Below, piece by piece: positions 48,555 to 58,420 of a DNA stretch of 64,000 bases. Source of the DNA: Armatimonadota bacterium (GTDB taxonomy: Bacteria; Armatimonadota; UBA5829); NCBI GenBank assembly GCA_052035525.1, contig JBPOHN010000012.1, forward strand, positions 16,489 to 80,488, given 5' to 3'. A program made the position numbers and the translations under genes. Below the pieces are notes generated by a model that was not told where the DNA came from, did no database searches, and worked only from the letters and a program-made list of their open reading frames with translations. Position 1 is the stretch's first letter; each line of letters begins with the position of its first letter.

Positions 48555-49976
48555 CTATGCGACGCGCAGCGTGCTTGAGGGAATCTGGAGTTGCGCCCGG
48601 TATTTGGCAACCGTGCGGCGCGCTATCTGGATTCCCTGCTCCGCAAGCTTCGCGGCTATCTGTGCGTCGGACGGTTGTGCGGAGGGGCCGCATGCGGATA
48701 CGATCTGGAGAATTCTCTCTTTGATCGGCAGCGCAGCATCAAAGAACAGACTGAAGGAGACGACTTCGCCCGAAGGAAGCTGCACGTGCTTGCCGGTCAC
48801 CGCGCGCGATACGGTGGACTCGTGGACTCCAACGGCTTCCGCAACCTGTTTCTGCGTCAGCGGCTTCACATACTGCCTGCCCTTGAGTACGAATTCCCGC
48901 TGCTCCTGCACTAGGTGAAGCGACATCCGCGCCAGCGTAGTCTTTCTAAGCTCTATCGCTTCGAGAACGCAGCGGGCGTTATTGACCTGTTCGCATACGT
49001 GTCTGCGCTCTTCTTCGGTGAATGAGTGCCCGTTCTTTCCTCGTACCTGGTTGTAGATTGCCTCATAGATCTCGTCGATCTTGAGGGTCCCCAGACGGAA
49101 GTCCACCACCTCCACCGCAAGGCCGTCTTCAGTCTCCCGGATCACCACGTCAGGAACGATTTTGGCAACCTGCGTGGGCGCGAATTCCTGCCAGGGAGCG
49201 TGGTAGAGTGAAGCGGGGTAAGGACTCAACTCGTTGGATATGAACTCCAGAGCGGCTTTGACATCATCGGGATCGGCATCGAACCTATCCGCGATCGCCT
49301 GCAGCTTGAGCTTGGAAAGCTCTTCCCAGCACTCCTCTGCCACACGCAGGGCAAGTTTGCCCTCCTCGGGCAGCTCGGTTCTCTGCCGGAGCTGTATGAG
49401 GATGCACTCGCGCACGTCAGTAGCGGCGATGCCAGCGGGGTCAAAGGCCTGGATCTCATCCAGGATCGCCCTCAATTCAGGCACTGACAACCCGAACAGG
49501 TTCGCGGTTTCCAGGAGCGATTCCGTGAAGTAGCCTCTATCGTCGAGAGAGTCGATGATGTAGTCGGCGACAATAAGCTCATGCCCAGAAAAAACAGCGA
49601 GAGCCTGTCCATGAAGGTGGGATTGCAGGTCAGTCTGCGCGGCGACGGACTGGAACGGGTCGAAATCGTCTTCTTCTGAACTGAAATGAAGCTCTTCAGG
49701 GTCCGAGAATTCGGCCTCATCCAGGTCCCGATTCTCGCGAGAACCTGCGAATTCCACTGAAGACCCGCAGATGCGGCAGCTTGCGGCATCTGAGAGGGGA
49801 GCGCCACAGAGCGGACAGCGAGCGGATTCCTCAACAGCCAGTGCCGGGTTCTCCAGCACCTGCTGCTCCACGAACGATTGCAGTTCCGGAAGCGCCATCC
49901 GCAGGATCTTCCCTGCTTCTATCTGCTCCGGAATCGTCCGAACAACCTGACGTGCAGCCATGTTCTGGCTGGGCAT
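48555..49976 (-). CDS. rpoN: RNA polymerase sigma-54 factor RpoN with Cys4 zinc-ribbon insertion
   Basis: RpoN box ARRTVAKYR, HTH (QKQVAEAVGVHESTVSRAV), region I; CPLCG-x9-CRICG inserted after region I. Confidence 0.9.
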   Translation of the reverse strand: MPSQNMAARQVVRTIPEQIEAGKILRMALPELQSFVEQQVLENPALAVEESARCPLCGAPLSDAASCRICGSSVEFAGSRENRDLDEAEFSDPEELHFSSEEDDFDPFQSVAAQTDLQSHLHGQALAVFSGHELIVADYIIDSLDDRGYFTESLLETANLFGLSVPELRAILDEIQAFDPAGIAATDVRECILIQLRQRTELPEEGKLALRVAEECWEELSKLKLQAIADRFDADPDDVKAALEFISNELSPYPASLYHAPWQEFAPTQVAKIVPDVVIRETEDGLAVEVVDFRLGTLKIDEIYEAIYNQVRGKNGHSFTEEERRHVCEQVNNARCVLEAIELRKTTLARMSLHLVQEQREFVLKGRQYVKPLTQKQVAEAVGVHESTVSRAVTGKHVQLPSGEVVSFSLFFDAALPIKERILQIVSACGPSAQPSDAQIAAKLAEQGIQIARRTVAKYRAQLQIPSSTLRVA

Positions 49977-50034
49977 AGCGTTTGTGATCCGCCCTTTTGC
50001 AGCGTGGGATAGCTAATCCCGCGGTAATACCAGC

Positions 50035-50061
50035 ACCGATTATCGGTTCACCTGAACCGAT
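50035..50061. promoter_or_regulatory. nested palindromes in regulator–rpoN intergenic region
   Basis: ACCGAT-T-ATCGGT overlapping ATCGGTTCA-CC-TGAACCGAT (9-bp perfect arms), 3 nt after regulator stop. Confidence 0.4.
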
Positions 50062-50064
50062 TCC

Positions 50065-51447
50065 TCAGTCAGCGGGTCTTTCCAGGCCAAACTCGCGGAT
50101 TTTGTTGCGAAGGGTCTTCCGGTCGATCTCCAGAATCTCCGCCGCCCGAGTCATGTGCCAATCGCAGGCGGCCAGAACCCTGCGGATATGGTCCCTTTCC
50201 ATATCCTTCATCGAGCACAACGGTTGGGCGGACTGGTTGAGGCCCGGTCTCACGGGAGCGGGAACGGACGATTCGTGCGAGAAGAAATAAAGGTCTTGCG
50301 AAGTTATGATTTCGTTGTTAGTCAGTATTACCGCTCGCTCGATGCAGTTCTCAAGCTCCCTGATATTGCCCGGCCAGTGATACGCGGCAAGCGCCGCGAG
50401 GGCGTCATCCGAGAGCCCACCAACCTGCTTGCCCATCTCGGCGTTGTACTTGTTAACAAAGTGTTCGGCAAGCACTTTCAGATCTTCCTTCCGCTCACGC
50501 AGCGGAGGCAGGTTGATTGTTATGACATTCAGCCGGTAGAAGAGGTCCTCGCGGAAGGTGTTTTCCTTGATCGCCTTGGCAAGGTCGCGGTTGGTGGCGG
50601 CTATGATTCTGGTGTCCACCGTGAGCGTCTCGGAGCCGCCGACGCGCTCGAACTGCTTTTCCTGCAGCACGCGCAGGAGCTTGAGCTGGGTGGCGGCGCT
50701 CACGTCTCCAATCTCGTCCAGGAATATGCTGCCGCCCGCGGACATCTCGAACCGGCCGATTCTGCGCCCGATCGCGCCCGTAAAGGAGCCCTTTTCGTGC
50801 CCGAACAACTCGCTCTCCAGCAGCGTCTCGGTAAGCGCCGCGCAGTTGACCTTAACGAACGGCCCCTGTGAACGCTTGCTCTGGTAGTGGATCGACCTTG
50901 CGAGAAACTCCTTGCCTGTGCCGGTTTCGCCGAGAATCAGCACCGTGGCGTCGGTCTGCGCCACCTGCGCGGCGAGCACGTAGGCTTTCTGCACTTCAGG
51001 GTTGTTGCCGATGATGTTGTCGAAGCCGTACTTCTCGCGAAGCTCCCCGCGGAGGTAGTTGTTCTCGTCTATCAGCCTGCTGCGCTCCAGCGCACGTTCG
51101 ATCACAAGCTCGATCCGGTCGATGTTGAAGGGCTTTGCTATATAATCGTACGCGCCCAGCTTCATCGCCTCGATGGCTGTGTCAACGGTAGCGTATCCGG
51201 TGATGAGAATGACCGGCGTTTCCGGGTTTGCGCGCTTGACCGCGGAGAGCACCTGCGTGCCGTTCATCTTCGGCAGGCTCAGATCGGTAATGACGAGGTC
51301 ATAGTTGGACTTCTGGACCATTTTGAGCGCCTGCTCGCCATCCGCGGCGGTATCCACAGAGTAGCTAACGCCTTCAAGGAGCTCCGCGAGCATTCTGCGA
51401 TATGCGGGTTCGTCATCCACAACAAGAATGTGCTTGTTACTCGGCAT
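50065..51447 (-). CDS. sigma-54-dependent response regulator (NtrC/FlrC-like)
   Basis: receiver domain, AAA+ with GSFTGA motif, C-terminal Fis-type HTH. Confidence 0.9.
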   Translation of the reverse strand: MPSNKHILVVDDEPAYRRMLAELLEGVSYSVDTAADGEQALKMVQKSNYDLVITDLSLPKMNGTQVLSAVKRANPETPVILITGYATVDTAIEAMKLGAYDYIAKPFNIDRIELVIERALERSRLIDENNYLRGELREKYGFDNIIGNNPEVQKAYVLAAQVAQTDATVLILGETGTGKEFLARSIHYQSKRSQGPFVKVNCAALTETLLESELFGHEKGSFTGAIGRRIGRFEMSAGGSIFLDEIGDVSAATQLKLLRVLQEKQFERVGGSETLTVDTRIIAATNRDLAKAIKENTFREDLFYRLNVITINLPPLRERKEDLKVLAEHFVNKYNAEMGKQVGGLSDDALAALAAYHWPGNIRELENCIERAVILTNNEIITSQDLYFFSHESSVPAPVRPGLNQSAQPLCSMKDMERDHIRRVLAACDWHMTRAAEILEIDRKTLRNKIREFGLERPAD

Positions 51448-53038
51448 GTCTGCGTGCTGCCCTCATTCCCAATACTTCGCTCATCGCCTCCAGCAGCCTA
51501 TCGTGCTGCACGGGCTTCCCCAGGACCAGGTCTATCCCTGATTCCTCGATCTCTCGCCTGTCCTCAACCGAATCGAACCCTGTCATCAGGACTATGGCGA
51601 GGTCAGGGTCGATCGTCTTTGCGGCTCTTGCCAGCTCGCAGCCACTCATAGACGGCATGGCAAGATCGGTCACAAGAATATCGTAGCGGCCCCTCTGGAT
51701 CACAGCCAGGGCTTCAGATGTCGTATTCACCACTGTGGCGCGGTGGCCGCCTTCCACGAGCATCTGACCGATGACCTCGCCGAACATCTTCTCGTCGTCA
51801 ACAACCAGTATCGCCGCCGACTGCTGCACAGGAATAACCGCTCGAGCATCGACCGGCTCGGCCGTAGTGCTGTCGGCAAACGGCAGGCGAATGATGATCT
51901 CGCTGCCCTTGCCCTGCTCTGATTTGACACTGATGTCGCCGCCGTGCTTGGAGACAATCGCGTCCGCGATGCTCATCCCGAGGCCGGTGCCCTCGGAGCC
52001 GCGCGTGGTGTAGAACGGATCAAAGATGCGAGCCTTGGTCTCCTCGCTCATACCCACGCCAGTGTCCGCAACCGACAGCACCGCGAAACCCCCATCGGCC
52101 CGCGTCGTAACGGCTATGCGCCCACCTTCGGGCATCGCTTGGACTGCGTTCAGTATCACGTTGGCGGCGACTTCTCGCAGATCGGTCGCGTTACCCTGAA
52201 CGTGCGGTAAATCGCCGAAATCCGTCGCCAATTCTATCCGATGACCATTGAGCTGCGACTCGTTGCGCCACTTGGGCTCCGTGAGCTTCACGACCTCGGC
52301 GACAATCGCGTTCAGATCGATTCGCTCGACGACCAAACACTCTTCGGACCTTGCCAGGGCGCGTATTCGCTGGACGGTGTTGGCGCCGTCAGTTGCCGCA
52401 AGTTCGCAGGTTTCGAGCTTTTCGCGCAGCCAGGGATCAAGGTCGCGCCGTCGCGCAAGCTGTATGTTACCGAGGATTACCCCAAGCACATTGTTCAGGT
52501 GGTGGGCAACACCCGCGGACAACTCCCCGAGCGCAGCAAGCTTCGCCGCATGTACAAGCCGCTCCTGCGCTCGCTGCAGTTCCTGGTTCAACAGCGCCAG
52601 TTCGTTTGTCCGCTCGAATATCTCCTGCTCGAACTGCCGGCGGACTGTGATATCGCTGTAGACTTCGACGCGGCCCACGAGTGAGCCGCGGGAATCCAAC
52701 ATGGGGCTGGAGTATCTGTGGAGGGTGATCTTCCCGTCGTCCGTTTGGACTGCTAAGACATCCTCAACGGTATCGCTGTGTTCGCAGGCAGTTCGCACCC
52801 TCCGTACGAAATCCTCGCCATCCTCGACCCTCGGCTGTAGGAACCGCGCGCAGGCATCGGAGTAGCACATGCCAATCAACTCCCGTGCCGGGGCGCCGAG
52901 CAGGGCCTCCATCCGCGCATTGACGTGCTGTATCGTTCCATCGTCCTGCAGTGATACAACGCCGCGCTCAGGAGTACGGACATCGCTCGATCCAAGAACA
53001 AGATTGGGAGGGTTGTCAGTCATGCCTGCCGCTTCCAT
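51437..53038 (-). CDS. hybrid sensor histidine kinase (PAS–HisKA–HATPase–receiver)
   Basis: PAS (IQHVNARMEALLG), H-box (ELSAGVAHHLNN), HATPase, C-terminal receiver (ILVVDDE...LVTDLAMP). Confidence 0.85.
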   Translation of the reverse strand: MEAAGMTDNPPNLVLGSSDVRTPERGVVSLQDDGTIQHVNARMEALLGAPARELIGMCYSDACARFLQPRVEDGEDFVRRVRTACEHSDTVEDVLAVQTDDGKITLHRYSSPMLDSRGSLVGRVEVYSDITVRRQFEQEIFERTNELALLNQELQRAQERLVHAAKLAALGELSAGVAHHLNNVLGVILGNIQLARRRDLDPWLREKLETCELAATDGANTVQRIRALARSEECLVVERIDLNAIVAEVVKLTEPKWRNESQLNGHRIELATDFGDLPHVQGNATDLREVAANVILNAVQAMPEGGRIAVTTRADGGFAVLSVADTGVGMSEETKARIFDPFYTTRGSEGTGLGMSIADAIVSKHGGDISVKSEQGKGSEIIIRLPFADSTTAEPVDARAVIPVQQSAAILVVDDEKMFGEVIGQMLVEGGHRATVVNTTSEALAVIQRGRYDILVTDLAMPSMSGCELARAAKTIDPDLAIVLMTGFDSVEDRREIEESGIDLVLGKPVQHDRLLEAMSEVLGMRAARRHAE

Positions 53039-53224
53039 GCCCCTCTACCCGCCTGGCCGGCTGAGGTTGGAGTCTGGAACGATTATATCCACCATGGCAG
53101 GCGATGTCTAGCGTCACCGCTCGCGCCGCCGAAGCCTGCGGAGACATAGCAGGGCGGTCTGATTGACTACCAACCCCATCCGTGATAACCTTTCGTTGTT
53201 CGATTCCCCAAGAGGTGATACAGC

Positions 53225-54547
53225 ATGAAGAAGCTGCTTGTCGTACTGATCATCGTCCTCGCCATGGTGGCTGCCGGATGCGGAAGCAAGCAATCGAAGG
53301 ACGGCAAGACGGCCGATGGCAAGATCGAGTTGGAGGTCGCTTCGTTCCAGGGCGGCTACGGGCTCGATTTCTTCGAATACGCGGCCCGGGAATACGAAAA
53401 GACCCACCCCAATATCAAGATCAAAGTCTGGGGCAACCCTCGGATATGGGAGCAGCTTAGGCCCCGGTTTGTCGCCGGTGACGTACCGGACCTGACCTGG
53501 CCGGGATGGGATATGGACACGTGGGCACTCGTGGCTGAAGGCAAGGTCCTGCCGATGGACAAGTACCTCGAGACCAAAGCTTACGATCAGGATATGAAGT
53601 GGAAGGACACATTCGTGCCCTCGCTGCTGGCGAAGGGCATGGACAAAGGCCACTACTATATAATGCCGTTCAACAACAACGTCTACGGCTGGTGGTACAA
53701 CGTGGATATGTTCAAGAAGAACGGTTGGACCCCGCCGAAGACCTACGAAGAGCTGCTGGTGCTGTGCGAGAAGATCAAGAAAACCGGTGTAGCGCCGATC
53801 ACCTACCAGGGCAAGTATCCGTCCTATATGCTGCAGGGGTTCTTCTATCCGTGGGCGATCAGCGCGGGCGGATTCGAGGCGTTCAAGGACGCGCAGAACC
53901 TGAAGCCGGGCGCCTGGAATAGCCCTGCGTTCCTGAAAGCGGCCCAGATGATCGCCGAACTGCGCTCCAAGGGCTACTTCCAGAAGGGCGCGATGGGTAT
54001 GGACCATACGGGCTCCCAAATGGAGTTCGTGCTCGGCAAGGCGGCGATGATCCCCTGCGGGACCTGGCTCGGCTCCGAGATGAAGAAGCAGATGCCCAAG
54101 GACTTCCACATGGAGTTCTTCAACCCGCCTGTGCTTGCCGACGGCAAGGGCGACCCCTCGATCACTTACGCGAGTGTCGAGACCTGGATCATCCCGGCCG
54201 ACGCGAAGCATCCCGACGAAGCTGCCGACTTCTTCAAGTTCATGACCTCGCTTTCGATGGCGAAGAAGTTTGTTGAGCGCAAAAACACGCTGATGTCGAT
54301 CAAAGGCTCCGATGCCGTTAAGCTGCCCAGGGACCTCGTCGAGCCGGCCAGGCTGATGAGGGAGGCAAAAACCACCTACAGCGCTGATTATAGGGACTGG
54401 TATCGCACGATGGGCAAGGACATCGAGAGCGCGTTGGCCGCACTGCTGAATGGCGAGGTCACCCCAAAGCAGTGCGTGGACCGCATGGAAGCCGCGGCAG
54501 AGCGGACGCGCAAGGACAAGTCGATTCCGAAGCACAAGATGGAGTAG
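53225..54547 (+). CDS. ABC transporter substrate-binding protein (carbohydrate, family 1)
   Basis: lipoprotein signal (LAMVAAGCGS), SBP_bac_1-like. Confidence 0.8.
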   Translation: MKKLLVVLIIVLAMVAAGCGSKQSKDGKTADGKIELEVASFQGGYGLDFFEYAAREYEKTHPNIKIKVWGNPRIWEQLRPRFVAGDVPDLTWPGWDMDTWALVAEGKVLPMDKYLETKAYDQDMKWKDTFVPSLLAKGMDKGHYYIMPFNNNVYGWWYNVDMFKKNGWTPPKTYEELLVLCEKIKKTGVAPITYQGKYPSYMLQGFFYPWAISAGGFEAFKDAQNLKPGAWNSPAFLKAAQMIAELRSKGYFQKGAMGMDHTGSQMEFVLGKAAMIPCGTWLGSEMKKQMPKDFHMEFFNPPVLADGKGDPSITYASVETWIIPADAKHPDEAADFFKFMTSLSMAKKFVERKNTLMSIKGSDAVKLPRDLVEPARLMREAKTTYSADYRDWYRTMGKDIESALAALLNGEVTPKQCVDRMEAAAERTRKDKSIPKHKME

Positions 54548-54548
54548 C

Positions 54549-55433
54549 ATGGTCCAACGCGACAAGACCAAAACCATCATTTTGTTCCTGACACCTGCCG
54601 TCATCCTCTACGGGGTGTTCTTCCTGTTCCCGATGGCGCAGGCGTTCTACGTCGCGCTGTTCCAGTGGCGGGGTGTCTCGATGAACAAGCAGTTCGTCGG
54701 GCTCGCCAACTTCCAGAAGCTGCTCTTCGAGGACCCGATCTTCTGGATGGCGCTGAAGCATAACCTCGCCTTTCTCGTGGTGAGCGTGATCGCGGTGATC
54801 CCACTTGCGCTGTTCTTCGCAAGCGCGCTGAACAGCAAGCTGCGCGGATCGCAGACGTTCCGGGCAATATACCTCTTCCCGAATATGATATCGATCGTCG
54901 CGGTCGCGGTGCTCTGGATGTTCGTCTACCACCCGAGCATGGGACTGCTCAACGGGATCGTGAGCGGGCTCGGCGGCCAGGTCAGCGACAATGGCTGGCT
55001 GGGCGACCCGAAGACCGCGCTGCCCTGCGTGATCGCCACCAGCATTTGGTATAGCCTCGGGTTCTACATCGTGCTGTTCCTGGCGGGGATGCAGAGCATA
55101 CCGAAGACGTTCTATGAGGCTGCGGAGATCGACGGCGCGGGCGGATGGGCTCAGTTCCGGTTCGTGACTATCCCGCTGGTGTGGGAGATCCTCAAGCTGG
55201 GGCTCGTATATCTCATCATCCACACGCTGAATATCTTCGGATTGGTCTGGGTCATGACCGCCGGAGGGCCTTCGAATCATACCGATACGCTGCTGACCTA
55301 TCTGTACCGCCTGGCGTTTACTGACTCCAATTTCGGCTACGCGACAGCGGTCGGGGTTGTCGTGTTCGTGCTGATATTCGTGATTTCAGTCTCGTTCATA
55401 CGGCTGATGCGCAGGGAGGTTGTTGAGTACTGA
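54549..55433 (+). CDS. sugar ABC transporter permease (MalF/UgpA-like)
   Basis: ATG at 54549; 6 TM, permease EAA-type loop. Confidence 0.8.
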   Translation: MVQRDKTKTIILFLTPAVILYGVFFLFPMAQAFYVALFQWRGVSMNKQFVGLANFQKLLFEDPIFWMALKHNLAFLVVSVIAVIPLALFFASALNSKLRGSQTFRAIYLFPNMISIVAVAVLWMFVYHPSMGLLNGIVSGLGGQVSDNGWLGDPKTALPCVIATSIWYSLGFYIVLFLAGMQSIPKTFYEAAEIDGAGGWAQFRFVTIPLVWEILKLGLVYLIIHTLNIFGLVWVMTAGGPSNHTDTLLTYLYRLAFTDSNFGYATAVGVVVFVLIFVISVSFIRLMRREVVEY

Positions 55434-56284
55434 TGGGCAAGACTTCCATGCGCAAGAAGAGCAGCATCAGGCGGGGGCTGTTGTATGTGCCGCTGGCCAT
55501 CTATTCGATCATCGTGGTCTACCCGATGGTGTGGCTGTTGTCGGCGTCGCTCAAGACCGCGAGGGAGCTATTCGTCAGCCCCTGGACGCTGCCGGCGGTG
55601 CCGCAATGGTGCAACTTCGAGCGCGTCTGGTCCAAGGTCGGCATCGGGCAGTGCTTTGCGAACAGCGTGGTCGTGACCGTAATATCCATGTTCCTAATCC
55701 TGCTGATAGGCTCAATGGCGGCCTACGCGCTGGCAAGGTTCAAGTTCAAGGGCAGCGGCTTCATCCAGAACGCGTTCATGAGCGGGATGATGTTCCCGGT
55801 GTTCCTGGGGATCGTGCCGCTGTTCCTCCTGCTGCGCAACCTGGGGATGTGGAACAACTACGTCGGACTGATTGCCTCGTATGTCGCGTTCTCGCTCTCG
55901 TTCACGATTTTCATCCTCGTCGGGTTCTTCAGGAGCCTCCCACACGAGCTTTCGGAAGCGGGAATGATCGACGGCTGTAACCACTTCTCCGTCTTCTGGC
56001 GAATAATGCTCCCCATCGCTAAGCCGGGCCTTATCGCTGCCGGCATCTTCAACTTCTTCGGGATTTGGAACGAGTACCCCCTCGCGCTGGTGATCATCTC
56101 CGACGATAAGCTCCGCACGCTGCCACTCGGTATCGCGGCGCTGGTGATGCAGCAGCAGTATGAGACCGACTGGGGCGCGCTGTTTGCGGGACTCGTGATC
56201 GTGATGCTGCCGACGCTGCTTGTCTACCTCTTCTTCCAGCGGCAGATTACGGAAGGGCTGACGGCGGGCGCGATAAAGGGGTAA
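55433..56284 (+). CDS. sugar ABC transporter permease (MalG/UgpE-like)
   Basis: ATGA overlap with previous gene; 6 TM permease. Confidence 0.8.
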   Translation: MGKTSMRKKSSIRRGLLYVPLAIYSIIVVYPMVWLLSASLKTARELFVSPWTLPAVPQWCNFERVWSKVGIGQCFANSVVVTVISMFLILLIGSMAAYALARFKFKGSGFIQNAFMSGMMFPVFLGIVPLFLLLRNLGMWNNYVGLIASYVAFSLSFTIFILVGFFRSLPHELSEAGMIDGCNHFSVFWRIMLPIAKPGLIAAGIFNFFGIWNEYPLALVIISDDKLRTLPLGIAALVMQQQYETDWGALFAGLVIVMLPTLLVYLFFQRQITEGLTAGAIKG

Positions 56285-56318
56285 GCGACCGACTGATGGC
56301 CACCATCGCCGGCAAAGC

Positions 56319-57026
56319 TCACGCGTTGTTGGCGAACTGGGAGGTCGTGGTTGTGGATGGCAGATCCGGCAAGATATCGCAGAAGTAGAAGCGCTCATCC
56401 CGCAGGACGACCTCGCCGGCCTTGACGGGGATCGGGTGGCGGAAGATGGGGCCTGCGTAGACGAAGGAGTGGCACTCGCCGTTTTCGAAGCAGGGATCAC
56501 AGTCCGGCGGCAACTCCGAGAGAAGCTGCTCGTCGAACTCGCGCCCGGCGAAAGCGCCCGTGCCTTTCTCGGAGTCCGCGCAAGAGACGATGGCTTTGAA
56601 CCCGAGGGCGATGAAGTCCCGCGCGAGCTTTGCCGAGTCGCGCATCCAGAGCGGAAAGATGGCGCTCATTCCGACCTGCGCGAGCTTGTCCTCCCGGTAC
56701 TTCCTTAGATCCTCCAGAAGCAAGTCCCCAAACACGACCGCCGTCACGCCCCGCGCCTTGTGCTTCTCCAGGACTTCCCGCATCGCGGCTTCGTAGTCCT
56801 CATTGGATGCGCCGACCGTGATGAACACCTTCTCGACCGGCAGCCCAATGGATTCAGCCTGCGCTTCGAGCAGCTCGCAGCGAATGCCATGCATACTCAC
56901 GCGGTCGTAGTCGCGCGTCACTGTCGTAAGCAGGGCAACGACCTCTATCTCCGGGTCCTTTCGGATCTCGTGCAGCGCCATCGCGCTGTCCTTGCCGCAG
57001 CTCCAGGCGAAGAGGGCTTTGGTCAA
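56319..57026 (-). CDS. PP-loop ATP pyrophosphatase, Dph6/MJ0570-like
   Basis: SCGKDS PP-loop motif. Confidence 0.65.
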   Translation of the reverse strand: MTKALFAWSCGKDSAMALHEIRKDPEIEVVALLTTVTRDYDRVSMHGIRCELLEAQAESIGLPVEKVFITVGASNEDYEAAMREVLEKHKARGVTAVVFGDLLLEDLRKYREDKLAQVGMSAIFPLWMRDSAKLARDFIALGFKAIVSCADSEKGTGAFAGREFDEQLLSELPPDCDPCFENGECHSFVYAGPIFRHPIPVKAGEVVLRDERFYFCDILPDLPSTTTTSQFANNA

Positions 57027-57736
57027 CTCGATGCCTCCCGCACAACGCAGCCGAAGTCGAGACCGTAATCCTGAAAGCCCACCGAGCGCGCAGTGCGAAG
57101 TGAGGCCGTGTTGGTCCGATCAGCGCCCCATGCGGCCAGCTTGCCGTTTTCGAATATGTGCTTCATCGCTGCGGACACGGCGCTCTTCGCGCAACCTCTG
57201 CCCCTGTATTCCGGCAGGGTCTGAATGCTCAGGTCCCAGGCGACATCGGAGAGCGGCTTCACCGCCGCCCAGGAGACCGGCTTCGCGTCTGCAATCTGCG
57301 CGAAGACCCGCCCACCCCATCTGGCGTGCAGGCCCGCTGCGATCTCATCGGTATCCGTAACGTCCCGCACCTCGCCAAACGTCTGATCAACGAATGTCTC
57401 AGGGGAGCAGTAGAACCTGCAGCCTCTGAACCAGCACCTCACGTCCGCCAACGGAGTCACGGCGCTCTCCACCGCATCCCATGCCTGATCGAGTGTGGCC
57501 CGTCCCTCAACCGCCCGGTCGGCCGCGTCCTTCAGGCGCGGGAGCACGGACACGACCGCTCCCGTCGGCTTAGCTATCGAGAACACCACCAGCGGGATGC
57601 CCTTGGCGAACCGGATTCCGCCGATCTGCTCCAGGGACACGACGGTGATCTCTCCGGAATAGAAGTCTTCGGGCCTGCACCCAAGCTCGGATGCATACAA
57701 ACGGTCCAGCAGTTCGATATGCTTCTTGCTTGCCAC
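57023..57736 (-). CDS. GNAT family N-acetyltransferase
   Basis: GTG start at 57736 (ORF-track 110-aa 5' extension overlaps yceH and is rejected); LPEYRGRGCAKSAVSAAMKHIF. Confidence 0.6.
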   Translation of the reverse strand: MASKKHIELLDRLYASELGCRPEDFYSGEITVVSLEQIGGIRFAKGIPLVVFSIAKPTGAVVSVLPRLKDAADRAVEGRATLDQAWDAVESAVTPLADVRCWFRGCRFYCSPETFVDQTFGEVRDVTDTDEIAAGLHARWGGRVFAQIADAKPVSWAAVKPLSDVAWDLSIQTLPEYRGRGCAKSAVSAAMKHIFENGKLAAWGADRTNTASLRTARSVGFQDYGLDFGCVVREASS

Positions 57737-57752
57737 TCTCAGCTCTCCGCTC

Positions 57753-58373
57753 TCACTCGAACTGCTTCCTGAACTCCGCGAACTCGGCGCGTAACGCCGC
57801 GAGGTCGGCTTCGAGGCGCTCCACCCTGTCACGGAGCGACTCTCCCGCCTCCACGGGCTGGGCTTCTTCGGCCTCGACCGAGACAGGCCCCGAGAGCAGG
57901 TGCGCGTATCGGTTCTCCTTGCGGCCCGGCTGACGCGGGAGCTTGACCGCGAGCGGGTCCTCGCGAGCGGACAGTCCCTCAAGCACGGATTCGGCCTCAG
58001 ATAGCTCGGTATAGGAATGAAGTCGCCCGGCACGGCTGCGGATCTCCCCCGGCGTCTGAGGGCCACGGAGCATCAGCACGCACATTGCGGCTACCTCGGG
58101 AGCAGAGAGGCTCAGCTTATCCGCCAGATAGTTGTCGAACTTGAGTACACGGTTGCCCTCACAAAAGATGGCAAGGTCCTTTTCCTTCAGGCTCTGCAGG
58201 GCATCGAATACCTCGTCCTCATCATAGGAGACCACGGGCTCACGGTTGGTCTTCTGATTGCAGGCGTTTGTGAGCGCGTTAAGGCTCAGGGGATAGTACT
58301 CAGGCGTTGTTACCTCCTTCTCGACCAGCGAACCGAGAACCCTGACCTCGATGTCGGAAAGCACGAAATCCAA
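57753..58373 (-). CDS. yceH: YceH/DUF480 family protein
   Basis: MDFVLSDIEVRVLGSLVEKEVTTPEYYPLSLNAL, C-terminal coiled coil. Confidence 0.8.
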   Translation of the reverse strand: MDFVLSDIEVRVLGSLVEKEVTTPEYYPLSLNALTNACNQKTNREPVVSYDEDEVFDALQSLKEKDLAIFCEGNRVLKFDNYLADKLSLSAPEVAAMCVLMLRGPQTPGEIRSRAGRLHSYTELSEAESVLEGLSAREDPLAVKLPRQPGRKENRYAHLLSGPVSVEAEEAQPVEAGESLRDRVERLEADLAALRAEFAEFRKQFE

Positions 58374-58420
58374 CTCAGAATGCTCCTTATTCAGCAGTAT
58401 TCACGGATATTGTAGCAGAT

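Noticed and set aside
53114-54604. 496-aa minus-strand ORF overlapping the ABC substrate-binding protein gene (similar artefacts at 54459–55280 and 55712–56500)
   Set aside because: Antisense to well-supported plus-strand transporter genes; His/Arg-rich nonsense composition.
57737-58066. 110-aa N-terminal extension of the GNAT ORF
   Set aside because: Ser/Arg-rich nonsense overlapping yceH; an in-frame GTG at 57736 gives a normal-length GNAT.
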